Positions 1 through 10,836 are shown, counted from the first letter of the stretch. The stretch: DNA of 55,732 bases from Fervidobacterium sp. (GCA_026419195.1 JANZZV010000012.1:1-55732); one strand, 5' to 3'. Program-made: numbers and translations. The notes: generated by a model not told the origin, from the sequence alone.

Positions 1-43
1 CTTGCGAGAGTAGGTAGTGCCCAGGGTTATATTTAAAGCCTCA

Positions 44-72
44 CCCCCCTGAATAGATCAGGGGGGTTTTTT
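44..72 (+). terminator. Rho-independent terminator for a gene lying upstream of the window
   Basis: CCCCCC(44-49)-11 nt loop-GGGGGG(61-66) followed by TTTTTT(67-72). Confidence 0.55.
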
Positions 73-426
73 CTTTGTATGCCCAAAGCAAAAATCACTT
101 CTCACCAAACATTCCAGTGTCTCGTAAATTACCTCTAAACTTTGGTCAGGTAATATCTATCAAACTATACGATGTTGAATGAGTTTCGTATGGATTACCA
201 TCCAAGCAACCAACATAAATACTACCGTCCGGACCTACCGCTGGACTGGAGTATATTACGTTTCGAATTTCCATTTCAGTTTTCTATCCGGACTTTGGAA
301 TTGAAAATAATCAAAATTTGTGGAGGCAGGTATTATTAGGCTCAGAGTATGTGAGTTGAGGGATGAGGTTATACATGGCAAAGAATTAGCAGAGTGAGAC
401 GATGAAAAGCAAGAAGATAGATGAGG

Positions 427-456
427 TTGTAAACATGCAAGAATTTATTGTATAAT
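427..456 (+). promoter_or_regulatory. Candidate sigma70-type promoter for the photolyase gene
   Basis: TTGTAA(427-432)-18 nt-TATAAT(451-456), about 35 nt upstream of the AGGAG SD and ATG 492. Confidence 0.3.
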
Positions 457-491
457 ATAGAAGTGTATCAAGCTTAATAGGAGTTAAGATA

Positions 492-1925
492 ATGGGGAGT
501 ATAATTGTTTGGTTTGAGAATGACTTGCGAGTTTCTGATAATCCTGCTTTGTATTATGCAGCCAAAGATGGAAAAGTTGTGCCTTTATATATTTACACAA
601 AAGATAAAGAAAGGAAAAGTCTGGGCGGTGCAAAAAAGTGGTGGCTATATAAAGCACTTTTAAGTTTGAGTAAACAACTTGAGAGGTTCGGTTTGAAGTT
701 AATTATCCGTAAGGCGGATAATCCTTTTCTTGTACTTGAATCTCTTATTAAAAAAGTTGGAGCCGAAGCAGTTTATTGGAACAAGCGTTTTGACCCAAAT
801 TTGGAACGTAGAGATGAGAGCATAAGAATGCAACTAATTTCTTTAGGAGTGAAAGTTGAGTGTTTCGATGATTTTTTGCTGCATGATCCAAGGAATTTTC
901 TCATGGATAATGAAAAACCATTTGCCATTTTTACACCTTTTTGGAGGAAATTTGAACGAGAGGTTGTTGTATCAAAACCACTTCCTGTTCCTGAAAGTTT
1001 GCTTGGTGTAAAGATGGCTGTTGCGTCAGAACGATTAGATGATTTAGGATTGTTGCCAAAAGTTAATTGGTACACAGACATGGATAAATTTTGGGATGTT
1101 AGTGAGGAAGGTGCTCAAAATCGTATAGATTGGTTTTTGTGCAATGCTGTAGAAAGTTATGAAGAAGATCGAGATAGACCGGACGTAGATGGTACGTCTT
1201 TGATGTCTCCTTATCTTTCGGTTGGTTTGATTTCTCCAAGACAGATTTGGTACAAAGTTGTTAATGGTGGTGAGTTTGGAACTTTTACGAAGGGTAAGAA
1301 ATCGTTTTTAAGACAACTTGTTTGGCGTGAATTTTCTTATCATGTTCTTTACCACAATCCGGATATGGTTAGTAAGAATTTGAAGAGAAAATTCGATATG
1401 TTTCCTTGGAGATGGGATAGAACAGATGATTATTTCAGATGGACAAAGGGGTTGACTGGGATTCCGATAATTGATGCTGGAATGCGTCAACTTTGGAAGA
1501 TAGGTTGGATGCATAACAGAGTACGTATGATTGTTGCATCTTGGTTGACGAAGAATCTTTTAATTCACTGGAAGTTGGGAGAAGAGTGGTTTTGGGATAC
1601 ACTTGTTGATGCGGATGTCGCAAATAATGTGCAAGGTTGGCAGTGGGTTGCTGGTTGTGGTGCTGATGCGGTACCGTATTTTAGAATATTCAATCCTGTG
1701 CTTCAATCGAAGAAATTTGATCCGAACGGTGAGTATATTAAAAAGTGGGTCCCAGAACTTGAAAAGCTTCCTGTTGAATATATACATGAACCATGGAACA
1801 CACCTAAGCACATACTTAAGAAAATAGAATTAGAACTTGGAAAGGACTATCCTTTACCTATGGCATCTATTAATGAAACAAGGCAAAAGGCTTTGGAAGC
1901 TTTCAGAAGGTTAAAAGATTGTTGA
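492..1925 (+). CDS. phrB: Deoxyribodipyrimidine photolyase / cryptochrome-family FAD protein
   Basis: 477-aa ORF; N-terminal photolyase alpha/beta domain and C-terminal FAD-binding motifs (WREF, GWMHNRVRMIVASWL, DADxAxNxxxWQW); AGGAG SD 6 nt before the ATG. Confidence 0.85.
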   Translation: MGSIIVWFENDLRVSDNPALYYAAKDGKVVPLYIYTKDKERKSLGGAKKWWLYKALLSLSKQLERFGLKLIIRKADNPFLVLESLIKKVGAEAVYWNKRFDPNLERRDESIRMQLISLGVKVECFDDFLLHDPRNFLMDNEKPFAIFTPFWRKFEREVVVSKPLPVPESLLGVKMAVASERLDDLGLLPKVNWYTDMDKFWDVSEEGAQNRIDWFLCNAVESYEEDRDRPDVDGTSLMSPYLSVGLISPRQIWYKVVNGGEFGTFTKGKKSFLRQLVWREFSYHVLYHNPDMVSKNLKRKFDMFPWRWDRTDDYFRWTKGLTGIPIIDAGMRQLWKIGWMHNRVRMIVASWLTKNLLIHWKLGEEWFWDTLVDADVANNVQGWQWVAGCGADAVPYFRIFNPVLQSKKFDPNGEYIKKWVPELEKLPVEYIHEPWNTPKHILKKIELELGKDYPLPMASINETRQKALEAFRRLKDC

Positions 1926-1930
1926 AGGAT

Positions 1931-1958
1931 AAAAAATCCCCCTTTGGGGGGATTTTCG
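1931..1958. terminator. Bidirectional intrinsic terminator between convergent phrB and infB
   Basis: AAAATCCCCC-ttt-GGGGGGATTTT hairpin flanked by A-run and T-run on both sides. Confidence 0.6.
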
Positions 1959-1964
1959 TATCGC

Positions 1965-4019
1965 TTATTGTTCAACTTTGGTCTCTTGCTCTGTAACAGT
2001 AGTAAGTTTTCTTGGAATTTTTTTGATTATATAAAATTCAAGTTCGTCTTGTTCTTTTATATCATCGAAGTTCAAGAACTTGATTCCACATTCTTGCGGT
2101 GCACTGACTTTGTTTACATCCTGTTGATAATGTTTGAGAGATTCGATTTTTCCTTCGAAAACCAATGTACCATTTCTGTATATTCTTACAAATCCAGATT
2201 TTTCCACGTAACCTTCGTACATTTGCACACCGGCAATGTTTCCAACTTTATGAATTTTGAAGACTTTCTTTATTTCTCCACTACCAGTTTTTTCTTCAAC
2301 TTCTTCAGGTTCAAGCATTCCCTCGATCGCTGCTTTGAGTTCTTCTAGAAGTTTGTAAATAATCGTGTAGGTTTTTATTTGAACACCTTCTGTTTCTGCT
2401 ATTTTGGAAGCTTGATTGTCTGCTTTTACTCTAAAGCCAAGTATAACAGCTTCTGAAGCACTTGCAAGCATCACATCACTTGAGTTTATCGCCCCAACTG
2501 CGGAATGGACAACGTCGATTCCTATTTCGTTTGTTTTCAATTTTGCAATTGCATTTTGGAGTGCCTGCAAAGATCCAACTGTGTCCGCCTTTAGGATCAA
2601 TTTAATTTCTTTTCTTTCTGTTTCTTGCATTTTCTTGAGAATTTCTTCAAGTTTTATCTGTCGTTTTTTCCTTAATTCCCTTGCTTCTATTTCTTTCACT
2701 TTTTCAACTATTTCTAAAGCTTTCTCTTTTGATTCGACCACATAAATTATGCTGTGTGGATCTGGTAGTTCTTCAAATCCTACAATCATTACAGGTGTAG
2801 ACGGTTCTGCCTCTTTTAATCTTCTACCCTTGTCATCTATTAATGCTTTGACTTTACCAAATACCTTTCCAGCCACTATAAAATCCCCGACTTTTAAGAG
2901 TCCATCTTTTACAATTGCGTTTGCCACAGGACCATAACCCTTATCAAGCCTAGTTTCAATTGTAACTGCTCTAACAGGGCTATCAGGTATACAGCGTATA
3001 TCTTGCATTTCTGCTACTAAGAGTATCATTTCAAGTAGTGTGTCGATATTGATACCATTTCTTGCAGATATAGGAACAACTATCGTATCGCCGCCCCAAT
3101 CTTCTGGAATAAGGTTAAGTTTTGTGACAAGGTCTTGTTTTGTGAGATCTACGTTTGCGTTTGGTTTGTCTATTTTATTGATTGCCACAATTATTGGTAC
3201 ATTTGCTGACTTTGCATGGTTGTAGGCTTCTATTGTTTGAGGCATTACACCATCGTCTGCAGCAACAACCAAAACGACTATGTCTGTTGCTTGAGCGCCC
3301 CTTGCACGCATTTCAGTGAAGACTTCGTGACCAGGAGTGTCGATAAAAGTGATTTTTTTCCCATTAACTATAACTTGATATGCACCGATGCTTTGAGTAA
3401 TTCCACCTTCTTCTTTTTCGGCTATACGTGTCTTTCTTATGTAATCAAGTAGTGTTGTCTTTCCATGATCTACGTGACCCATTACTGTGACTACTGGTGG
3501 TCTGTTAATCAATTTGTCTTTATTGTTGTTGTATATTTCTTCAAATTCTTGTTTGAGTTCATCAAGTGGATTTTCAAGTTTTACAGCTTCTTTTGTTGTT
3601 GCATCCTCCTCAAATGTTAACCTAACATCGTACATTTTGGCAATTTTTTTTGCCAAGGATAAAGAAATTGCTTGACCAGGACGCAAAATTTCACCTTTCA
3701 AGAAAAAGTCTTGGATTATTCTATTTTGTGGTATCTTTATTTTTTCAGCGAATTTATCAAGCTTCAAATCTGACTCGGTAATATGAACAGGTGGCTTTTT
3801 GGATTCTACTTTCTCTTTTACAGGTTCGCGTGACTTTACTAACTCTTCCTCTTCATCAAGAGTTTCTCTGTATATCTCAAGAAGGATATTTACAGTTTCC
3901 TCGTCTATATAGCTCATATGACTTTTTACTTCGATACCCAGTTCTTCTAATTCATGAAGTAGCTCTTTTGTATCCATGTCAAGCTGTTTTGCTAGTTCAT
4001 AAACTCTTAAACGTCCCAA
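1965..4019 (-). CDS. infB: Translation initiation factor IF-2
   Basis: G-domain motifs [21 protein letters not shown]. The ORF tracker starts at GTG 4028, which directly abuts the AAGGAGG SD; TTG at 4019 has 9-nt spacing and is the likelier start. Confidence 0.9.
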   Translation of the reverse strand: MGRLRVYELAKQLDMDTKELLHELEELGIEVKSHMSYIDEETVNILLEIYRETLDEEEELVKSREPVKEKVESKKPPVHITESDLKLDKFAEKIKIPQNRIIQDFFLKGEILRPGQAISLSLAKKIAKMYDVRLTFEEDATTKEAVKLENPLDELKQEFEEIYNNNKDKLINRPPVVTVMGHVDHGKTTLLDYIRKTRIAEKEEGGITQSIGAYQVIVNGKKITFIDTPGHEVFTEMRARGAQATDIVVLVVAADDGVMPQTIEAYNHAKSANVPIIVAINKIDKPNANVDLTKQDLVTKLNLIPEDWGGDTIVVPISARNGINIDTLLEMILLVAEMQDIRCIPDSPVRAVTIETRLDKGYGPVANAIVKDGLLKVGDFIVAGKVFGKVKALIDDKGRRLKEAEPSTPVMIVGFEELPDPHSIIYVVESKEKALEIVEKVKEIEARELRKKRQIKLEEILKKMQETERKEIKLILKADTVGSLQALQNAIAKLKTNEIGIDVVHSAVGAINSSDVMLASASEAVILGFRVKADNQASKIAETEGVQIKTYTIIYKLLEELKAAIEGMLEPEEVEEKTGSGEIKKVFKIHKVGNIAGVQMYEGYVEKSGFVRIYRNGTLVFEGKIESLKHYQQDVNKVSAPQECGIKFLNFDDIKEQDELEFYIIKKIPRKLTTVTEQETKVEQ

Positions 4020-4049
4020 TAAGTCCACCTCCTTAATTTTTCAAATGAT

Positions 4050-4088
4050 ATTATAGCACATAATATTATCCCTGTTCAATCTGTTCAA
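4050..4088 (-). promoter_or_regulatory. Candidate promoter for infB
   Basis: Minus strand: TTGAAC(4088-4083)-18 nt-TATAAT(4055-4050). A tandem TTGAAC repeat lies upstream, and TTCAAccaaTTGAA is an inverted repeat. Confidence 0.35.
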
Positions 4089-4105
4089 CCAATTGAAAAA
4101 AACGT

Positions 4106-5146
4106 TTATCTATTCTTAAATTTGGAATCTACGGTGCCATGTTTTTGCAGAAATGTATCTTCAGAAAGCCACTTGAAGAAGTCTTCTACAGATTTTTCAA
4201 ATTTTCTTGGATGGTACTCGATGGTCTCTTTTAGTTTATCTGAAGAGTAAGTGTAATTTAAATTAATAGTGTGAAGAGCATAAGGAACAAATTCTGTGCT
4301 TACACCAAAAATCAGCTGGGCTAAAAGCGATAAATAACTTACCAAATAGGCTGTATAATCACTACAAACTACATATTTTTTCATTCCACAAACCAATGGA
4401 AGGAGTTCGAAACGTACCTTGTTTGCCGAGACTAAGTATCGCTGATGATTTATTACGTAATGTTTCAAGGTAAATAAGTGGTGTAAGTTCAGCAAAGCAT
4501 ACACTACATCCCTTACGTCTACAAAATCAAAACCTCCAATAACTGCAATCTTTAATTTGTTGTATTTGTATTTTATGAGTACTCTTGAAAAATATGATAG
4601 TCTATAGTCAAAAGGTCCACATATGCCAGTCGGGAATATTATGTAACCATTTAATCCTTCCTTAAAGGCCTCCATCACTTTTTTGGTTGCTATTGCCTTC
4701 GATTTTGCATAGTGACCTCTTACTTTTTCTTCATCTACCGGTATGTCTTCATTTATCGTTGAACCCTTGGGTACTTCCGCTATTGCATGTACGCTACTTA
4801 CATATATTAACGGAATTTTGTACTTTTTACAAAGATTTATTACATTAATAGTACCATCAACGTTTGTTTTGTAAATTTGCTTTCTTTTGCCAGGAGTAAT
4901 CGAGATCAAAGAAGCTAAGTGAAAGACACTTTCCACACCTTTTAAGCCGTGTGAGAAATCATCATTTATATCACCATACAAGATTTCTATAGGCAATAAT
5001 TGCAAAGGTATAAGATCATCTTTTGGATGTACCAAGACTCTCACATGATAACCTTTTTTGATTAACTCCCTCACAAGCACATTACCAAGATGTCCAGTTG
5101 CTCCCGTTACAAGTATCATGATTTCTCCCCCCTTGATTTTTGTCAT
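4106..5146 (-). CDS. NAD(P)-dependent epimerase/dehydratase (SDR-family) protein
   Basis: N-terminal Rossmann motif VTGATGHLGNVLV. Its start overlaps the marR stop (ATGA), implying co-transcription with the MarR gene. Confidence 0.7.
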   Translation of the reverse strand: MTKIKGGEIMILVTGATGHLGNVLVRELIKKGYHVRVLVHPKDDLIPLQLLPIEILYGDINDDFSHGLKGVESVFHLASLISITPGKRKQIYKTNVDGTINVINLCKKYKIPLIYVSSVHAIAEVPKGSTINEDIPVDEEKVRGHYAKSKAIATKKVMEAFKEGLNGYIIFPTGICGPFDYRLSYFSRVLIKYKYNKLKIAVIGGFDFVDVRDVVYALLNLHHLFTLKHYVINHQRYLVSANKVRFELLPLVCGMKKYVVCSDYTAYLVSYLSLLAQLIFGVSTEFVPYALHTINLNYTYSSDKLKETIEYHPRKFEKSVEDFFKWLSEDTFLQKHGTVDSKFKNR

Positions 5147-5610
5147 CTTGACTTAAAAATTAATTGCGAGAATCTGCTTATTAACTCAAAGCTGCTGGTT
5201 AATTTTTCAAAGTCTTCATAGCTGAGCTTTGATGTTACATTTAACATTATACTTTCGAAAGCTTTTAGAAATTTTTCGAAGACATCTTTTCCTTTTTTTG
5301 AAAGATAAATATGTACATATCTTCTGTCATTTTCATCTTCAGTCACCTCGATAAGCTGTTTTTTTAACAACTTTTTCAAAATCATACTTACTGAACTTCT
5401 TCTTAATCCTAAGTTTAAAGCGATTTGGCTGCTATAAGAATCTTTTCTTGTTGCAATGTACATGAAAACATAAAATTCTGTGGTGTTCATATTTTCAAAT
5501 TCAGCAATACGAGGAAGAATACTTACAAAATATGCCACTGTGTCCAAAATTTTTTCCAAAATTTGCTCAACTTCTACGTTGCTAATTGCATACTCTAACT
5601 CTTTTGACAT
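5143..5610 (-). CDS. MarR-family transcriptional regulator
   Basis: 155 aa with a winged-helix MarR-like core (LNLGLRRSSVSMILKKLLKKQLIE). Confidence 0.7.
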   Translation of the reverse strand: MSKELEYAISNVEVEQILEKILDTVAYFVSILPRIAEFENMNTTEFYVFMYIATRKDSYSSQIALNLGLRRSSVSMILKKLLKKQLIEVTEDENDRRYVHIYLSKKGKDVFEKFLKAFESIMLNVTSKLSYEDFEKLTSSFELISRFSQLIFKSR

Positions 5611-5655
5611 TTCAGATCACCTACCTCCAATTGTTTAGACAGTTCATTTGTTTAA

Positions 5656-5674
5656 TAGTTCAAAATATGAACTA
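5656..5674. promoter_or_regulatory. Perfect 7-5-7 palindrome TAGTTCAaaataTGAACTA, putative MarR operator
   Basis: Seen in sequence 46 nt upstream of the marR start. A third AGTTCA half-site lies at 5641-5646, and the site sits in the divergent marR/pckA intergenic region. Confidence 0.4.
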
Positions 5675-5857
5675 CCAATTTCTTTATTCTTTACTTATTA
5701 AGCGCGAAATACTTGATAAGAAAATGGGTTTTTGGACTATGTAAATCCTTTCACAACGATGTATAAGTATGCTTGTTTATGCTCCTGTTAACCAATCGTT
5801 TGCAAAGTTATAAAATAAGATATGTATTGTTAATATCAATTAAAGGGGGAAACGAAG

Positions 5858-7489
5858 ATGGCTACAAAGGGAAGGTGGCAGTGGTCGGAGGTCAACAAAA
5901 GCAACTTTTCAAAGCTAAGAACGACTATTGAAAGTGCTTTTTACGGAAACAATGTGGAAGTAGTAACTTCAAGGAAGGAAGCTTATAAGAAAGCTGTGAA
6001 TGCTCAAGGAACTATAGTAACTGACTTGTTTGTTTACAAGCCGGAACTTCTAAACCTGGATGAAGGTACAAAAATTTTAATATTTAACGATGGGGCCACT
6101 GTTGGAAGATTTGCTGGAGCACGGAAGATAATAGGGATTCCTGGCGTAAGCGAAGATTACTTTGCTGAAGTCGTTAGAGAGGCAATTTATGGTACTAGGT
6201 ATAAAAAGTTGTATCATGCAATTAGTTATACAGGACTTCACCCGGATTTCATGGTGAAAAACCATATTTTGATACCTGAGGGTTTTGAAAATACTGTGTA
6301 TAATTGGTTGTTGAACTTTCAGGACTTAACACCTGAATATTCTCTGATGTACGAAAATTCCAAGATGCTCGGCGAACCAGATATATATATCTTTACAGAC
6401 CCAGATTGGCAACATCCCGAATTCCCTGGTGGTCTTGCATTGTTTGATCCAAGGAACAACTGCGCAGCATTACTTGGATTGAGATATTTTGGAGAATTTA
6501 AGAAAGGAACACTCACACTTGGTTGGTCCATAGGAAACAGACAAGGTTTTGTTGCATGTCATGGTGGATTAAAGAAGTACGAATTCGATAACAGCGTTTT
6601 TGTAGCTGCTTTCTTTGGATTATCAGGTTCTGGGAAATCGACGTTAACTCACGCAAAGCACAAGGAAAGGTACAAAATAACTGTACTGCACGATGATGCA
6701 CTTGTTATAAGTTTAGAAGATCTTTCATCAATAGCTTTAGAGCCTTCTTATTTTGACAAGACTTCTGACTATCCGCTAACCAGTGAAGATAACAAGTATT
6801 TGCTTACAATTCAAAATTGCGGTGCTACATTGGATGAAGTAGGAAGAATAATTCCAGTGATGGAAGATATTCGAAATGGAAATGGTAGAGCAATTAAGTC
6901 GAGGCTTTGGTCACCAAACAGAGTAGATAAAATTGATGAACCTGTCAACGCAATCTTTTGGATAATGAAAGATCCTGTTTTACCACCTATTGTGAAAATA
7001 GAAGATCCTATCCTTGCATCCACAATGGGAGCTACACTCGCAACAAAAAGAACCTCAGCTGAAAAATTACTTCCAGGTGTAGATCCTGAGGCTCTTGTTT
7101 TTGAACCTTACGCTAATCCGTTTAGAACGTATCCACTGGCAGAGGACTATGAGAAGTTTAAAAAGTTATTTGAAAAGGGCGTTGAATGTTACATAGTTAA
7201 CACAGGATTTTATTTGAACAAAAAGGTACCGAAAGAACTCACCCTGGAGATCATAGAAAAAATTGTCGAAAAAAGTGCGAAATTCGTTGATTGGTTTGGT
7301 GGATTAAAGATAATAGATATTCCAGGGTTCGAAACAAAAATCTCTGAATACGAGTACAGAGAATTGGTTAAAATTTCTCTCGAAAAACGTGTCGAGTTTA
7401 TAAAAACAAAAGAAACCGAAAATCAAGGATATGATAAGCTTCCGATTGAATGCATAAACTCTATAAACGATTTAATAGCACTTCTCTAG
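5858..7489 (+). CDS. pckA: Phosphoenolpyruvate carboxykinase (ATP)-like
   Basis: 543 aa; P-loop FFGLSGSGKSTLT followed by LHDDA...FDKT resembles the ATP-PEPCK kinase-1a/adenine-binding region. SD AAAGGGGGAAAC lies before the ATG. Confidence 0.55.
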   Translation: MATKGRWQWSEVNKSNFSKLRTTIESAFYGNNVEVVTSRKEAYKKAVNAQGTIVTDLFVYKPELLNLDEGTKILIFNDGATVGRFAGARKIIGIPGVSEDYFAEVVREAIYGTRYKKLYHAISYTGLHPDFMVKNHILIPEGFENTVYNWLLNFQDLTPEYSLMYENSKMLGEPDIYIFTDPDWQHPEFPGGLALFDPRNNCAALLGLRYFGEFKKGTLTLGWSIGNRQGFVACHGGLKKYEFDNSVFVAAFFGLSGSGKSTLTHAKHKERYKITVLHDDALVISLEDLSSIALEPSYFDKTSDYPLTSEDNKYLLTIQNCGATLDEVGRIIPVMEDIRNGNGRAIKSRLWSPNRVDKIDEPVNAIFWIMKDPVLPPIVKIEDPILASTMGATLATKRTSAEKLLPGVDPEALVFEPYANPFRTYPLAEDYEKFKKLFEKGVECYIVNTGFYLNKKVPKELTLEIIEKIVEKSAKFVDWFGGLKIIDIPGFETKISEYEYRELVKISLEKRVEFIKTKETENQGYDKLPIECINSINDLIALL

Positions 7490-7601
7490 TTATATAAATT
7501 CTGTGTTAATGTAATAGTTACTTTGTTGTTATTGTAATTAGTTAGATTTAGTATAAAATAAGAGTGTATCTAAAATATATCTTATTACAGGAGGGATGTA
7601 T

Positions 7602-8240
7602 ATGGGTTTACCGCTTATAGGGGATAAGGTACCAGAATTTAGTGCAAAGACTACTCAAGGTGTTATAAACTTTCCTAAGGATTACGAAGGTAAGTGGGTT
7701 GTACTTTTCAGCCATCCGGCAGACTTCACACCGGTGTGTACGACGGAATTTGTTGCATTTCAAAAGAGATATGATGAGTTCAAGACTTTAAACACAGAGT
7801 TGATAGGGCTCAGTATAGATCAAGTTTTTTCGCATATTAAGTGGGTTGAATGGATTAAAGAGAAGCTCGGTATTGAGATTAAGTTCCCCATTATCGCTGA
7901 TGACAGGGGTCAAATAGCGGATTTGTTTGGCATGATTCATCAAGGGAAAGGAACGAACACAGTTAGAGCAGTTTTTATAATAGATCCGAAAGGAATTCTA
8001 AGAGCATCACTTTATTATCCGCAAGAACTTGGAAGAAACATGGATGAAATTCTAAGAATGGTCAAGGGATTGCAAGTAAATGATCAGTATCATGTTGCGT
8101 TACCGGCGAATTGGCCCAATAACGAGTTGCTTGGAGACGAAGTGATTATTCCACCAGCAAGTGACTGCGCAACTGCTCAGAAAAGATTACAAGAGTACGA
8201 ATGCTATGATTGGTGGTTCTGTCATAAGAAGCTAAAATAA
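7602..8240 (+). CDS. Peroxiredoxin (AhpC/TSA family, 1-Cys/2-Cys Prx)
   Basis: Motif FTPVCTTE. The ORF tracker starts at ATG 7596, but AGGAGGG (7589-7595) abuts it; the second ATG at 7602 has 6-nt spacing and is the likelier start. Confidence 0.85.
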   Translation: MGLPLIGDKVPEFSAKTTQGVINFPKDYEGKWVVLFSHPADFTPVCTTEFVAFQKRYDEFKTLNTELIGLSIDQVFSHIKWVEWIKEKLGIEIKFPIIADDRGQIADLFGMIHQGKGTNTVRAVFIIDPKGILRASLYYPQELGRNMDEILRMVKGLQVNDQYHVALPANWPNNELLGDEVIIPPASDCATAQKRLQEYECYDWWFCHKKLK

Positions 8241-8257
8241 GCTCCACAAAGTTTTAC

Positions 8258-8291
8258 AAAAAACCGTGAGGAAGAATCCTCACGGTTTTTT
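8258..8291. terminator. Bidirectional terminator between the peroxiredoxin gene and glgP
   Basis: AAAAAA-CCGTGAGG-aagaat-CCTCACGG-TTTTTT; the glgP stop overlaps the T-run. Confidence 0.65.
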
Positions 8292-10761
8292 ATTCTACTA
8301 CCTTTTTGGTTTTCCATATATCTTTTATATATTCTTCTATTGTTCTATCACTTGAGAACTTTCCACTTCTTGCAATGTTTAGTAATGACTTTTTATTCCA
8401 CTCAACTTGGTCCAAGTAGGTTTCATCTATCTTCTTGTGAGCTTTTTCGTAAGATTCAAAATCAGCAAGTAAGAAGTATTGGTCGGGCATAGGAGCGTAT
8501 TTTCCGTAAAGTAGGTTCTCGTATATGTCTACGAATAAATCTGGTTGTTCTTGAGAAAAGTAACCATTCCTGATCATATCGAGCACTTTTCTAATTTTTT
8601 CGTTTTCTAGATATATTCCAAATGGATTATAAATACCTTTTCTCCTTGCCTCTTCAATTTCCTCTGCTTTAAGACCAAATATGAATATGTTTTCTTCACC
8701 AACTTCTTGAAGTATTTCAATATTTGCTCCGTCCAAGGTACCAATTGTTAAAGCACCGTTTATCATGAACTTCATATTACCAGTGCCAGATGCTTCAGTA
8801 CCAGCTGTTGAGATTTGTTCGCTAATATTTGCCGCTGGAATGATTATCTGAGCAGCTGATACATTGTAATTTGGTATGAAAACAACTTTTAATTGTTCGC
8901 TTACTATTGGATCAGCGTTTATTACGTCGGCAACGCTGTTGATGAGCTTGATAATTAGCTTCGCCATTCTGTACCCTGGGGCAGACTTGCCTGCAAATAT
9001 GAATGTTCTAGGTACGTTTAAGTTATTTCCGTTTTTTATTTCGTTGTATAAATGAACAATATGCAATACATTTAGAAGTTGTCGTTTGTATTCGTGGATT
9101 CTTTTTACCTGTATATCAAATAATGTCTTAGGATCGATTGAGATGTCCAATTTTTCTTTTACATATTTCGCTAATCTTTCTTTGTTCCACATTTTTGCTT
9201 GAGCAAGCTTTTCGAGGAATCCTTTATCTTCAACAAAATTTTCTAATTTTCTCAACTCGTAAAGGTTTGTTATCCAACCATCTCCGATTCCTTCGGTTAT
9301 GAGTTTGGCAAGTGGTGGATTACACTCCAAGAGCCATCTTCTTTGTGTAACTCCGTTTGTTTTGTTGTTAAATTTTTCCGGATACGTTTCGTAGAAATCT
9401 TTCAGAACACTTTTTTTAAGTATTTCTGTGTGTAATTCAGACACGCCGTTTATTGAAAATGAAGCTATCGATGAAAGATTTGCCATTCTGACTTTCTTTA
9501 TATTTCCTTCTTCGAAAATTGACATATCAATGATCTTTTTTAGGTCGTTGTTGAATTTTTGACCAACTTCTTTCAAAAATCTGGCATTTATTTCCTCAAT
9601 TATTTGATAGTGTCTGGGAAGCATATTTTGAAGTAATGGCGCTTCCCACTTTTCAAGTGCTTCCGGCATGACTGTGTGGTTGGTATAAGCTATTGTGTTG
9701 CTTACTATTTTCCATGCTTCATCCCAGCCGTATCCTTCTTCGTCAAGTAATATTCTCATGAGTTCGGGAATTGCAAGCGCAGGATGGGTATCGTTAAGTT
9801 GTATGACCTCACTTTCGTGAAGGTTATCTAAGTTGTTACCGTACCTTCTTTTGTGTCTTCTGATTATGTCTTGCAAAGCAGCACTCACAAAAAAGTATTC
9901 TTGTTTTAGTCTTAATTCTCTACCCTGATAGAACGCATCGTTTGGATATAGCACTTTACAAAGTGTTTCTGCAAGGTTTTTTTCATGAACAGCTTTTTCG
10001 TAATTACCTTTCTCAAACTCGTTGAAATTAAACTCATTAACGGCTTTAGGATGCCACAGTCTGAGTACAGAGACTATTTCGCTGTTGTAACCAGTTATAT
10101 AAATATCATATGGGACCGCTAAAACTTCGTAGGTATCAATCCATCTAAATTTTAGTTTCCCTTCCGCGTCGAAATACGGTTCACTTTTACCAAAGAATTT
10201 GACTTTTACTGTTTCATGTGGTTTAGGAAATTCCCATGGATAACCATTTTTCAACCAATCGTCGGGAAGTTCTTTCTGAAAACCATTTTCGATTTCTTGT
10301 TTAAATAATCCGTATTGGTAACGTATTGTATAACCGTAAGAAAGATAGCCAAGAGTAGCTAAGGAATCAAGAAAACATGCAGCAAGTCTACCAAGGCCAC
10401 CGTTACCAAGCGCTGCATCTTCTTCTAATAAAGCAATTTCATCAAGTGTAATGTTGTATTTTTCCAAAAGTTTTTTGACTTCATCCTCAACCTTCAGATT
10501 GAGTATGTTATTGTATAAAAGTCTACCTATCAGGAATTCCATCGATAAATAGTTAACTATTCTTAGATCTTTCCTCTTATAAATTATATCCTCAGTGTTG
10601 AGCCATTTTTCCGCAATAATGTCTCTGATAGAGTAAGATAATGCAAAGAATTTTTGGATTGTTGTAGCGTAATCAACTTTCTCACCTAAGGAGTGATGCA
10701 TGTGATACTTGAATTGTGTCGCTAAATCACACTTCTTTCCATTCCTTGTCACTATCTGCAC
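8290..10761 (-). CDS. glgP: Alpha-glucan (glycogen/maltodextrin) phosphorylase
   Basis: Pyridoxal-phosphate site EASGTGNMKFMINGALTIGTLDGANIE. Alternative GTG start at 10752 (SD AAGGGGTG, 8-nt spacer). Confidence 0.9.
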   Translation of the reverse strand: MQIVTRNGKKCDLATQFKYHMHHSLGEKVDYATTIQKFFALSYSIRDIIAEKWLNTEDIIYKRKDLRIVNYLSMEFLIGRLLYNNILNLKVEDEVKKLLEKYNITLDEIALLEEDAALGNGGLGRLAACFLDSLATLGYLSYGYTIRYQYGLFKQEIENGFQKELPDDWLKNGYPWEFPKPHETVKVKFFGKSEPYFDAEGKLKFRWIDTYEVLAVPYDIYITGYNSEIVSVLRLWHPKAVNEFNFNEFEKGNYEKAVHEKNLAETLCKVLYPNDAFYQGRELRLKQEYFFVSAALQDIIRRHKRRYGNNLDNLHESEVIQLNDTHPALAIPELMRILLDEEGYGWDEAWKIVSNTIAYTNHTVMPEALEKWEAPLLQNMLPRHYQIIEEINARFLKEVGQKFNNDLKKIIDMSIFEEGNIKKVRMANLSSIASFSINGVSELHTEILKKSVLKDFYETYPEKFNNKTNGVTQRRWLLECNPPLAKLITEGIGDGWITNLYELRKLENFVEDKGFLEKLAQAKMWNKERLAKYVKEKLDISIDPKTLFDIQVKRIHEYKRQLLNVLHIVHLYNEIKNGNNLNVPRTFIFAGKSAPGYRMAKLIIKLINSVADVINADPIVSEQLKVVFIPNYNVSAAQIIIPAANISEQISTAGTEASGTGNMKFMINGALTIGTLDGANIEILQEVGEENIFIFGLKAEEIEEARRKGIYNPFGIYLENEKIRKVLDMIRNGYFSQEQPDLFVDIYENLLYGKYAPMPDQYFLLADFESYEKAHKKIDETYLDQVEWNKKSLLNIARSGKFSSDRTIEEYIKDIWKTKKVVE

Positions 10762-10807
10762 CCCTTTTCAAAGCATCAGAACCGTTTCCAATAGAAATCC
10801 AAATTAA

Positions 10808-10836
10808 AGTTTACACTATGTTTTGAAAAATGTCAA
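10808..10836 (-). promoter_or_regulatory. Candidate promoter for glgP
   Basis: Minus strand: TTGACA(10836-10831)-17 nt-TAAACT(10813-10808). Confidence 0.3.

Noticed and set aside
172-348. 58-codon ORF (MLNEFRMDYHPSNQHKYYRPDLPLDW...) in the 420-bp phrB upstream region
   Set aside because: No SD in a genome where nearly every gene has GGAGG; composition is unlike local proteins; probably chance.
773-1827. Five 62-102-aa ORFs inside/antisense to the photolyase gene (773-1081-, 1308-1514-, 1435-1623-, 1560-1811-, 1603-1827+)
   Set aside because: They are fully embedded in a well-supported 477-aa CDS, have no SD, and have low-complexity S/L-rich composition typical of antisense frames.
1944-4036. 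Plus-strand ORFs (1944-2348, 2416-2745, 2749-2937, 3040-3225, 3216-3452, 3487-3675, 3791-4036) opposite infB
   Set aside because: They are antisense to the highly conserved IF-2 gene; the F/S/L-rich translations are what a K/E-rich coding strand produces on its complement.
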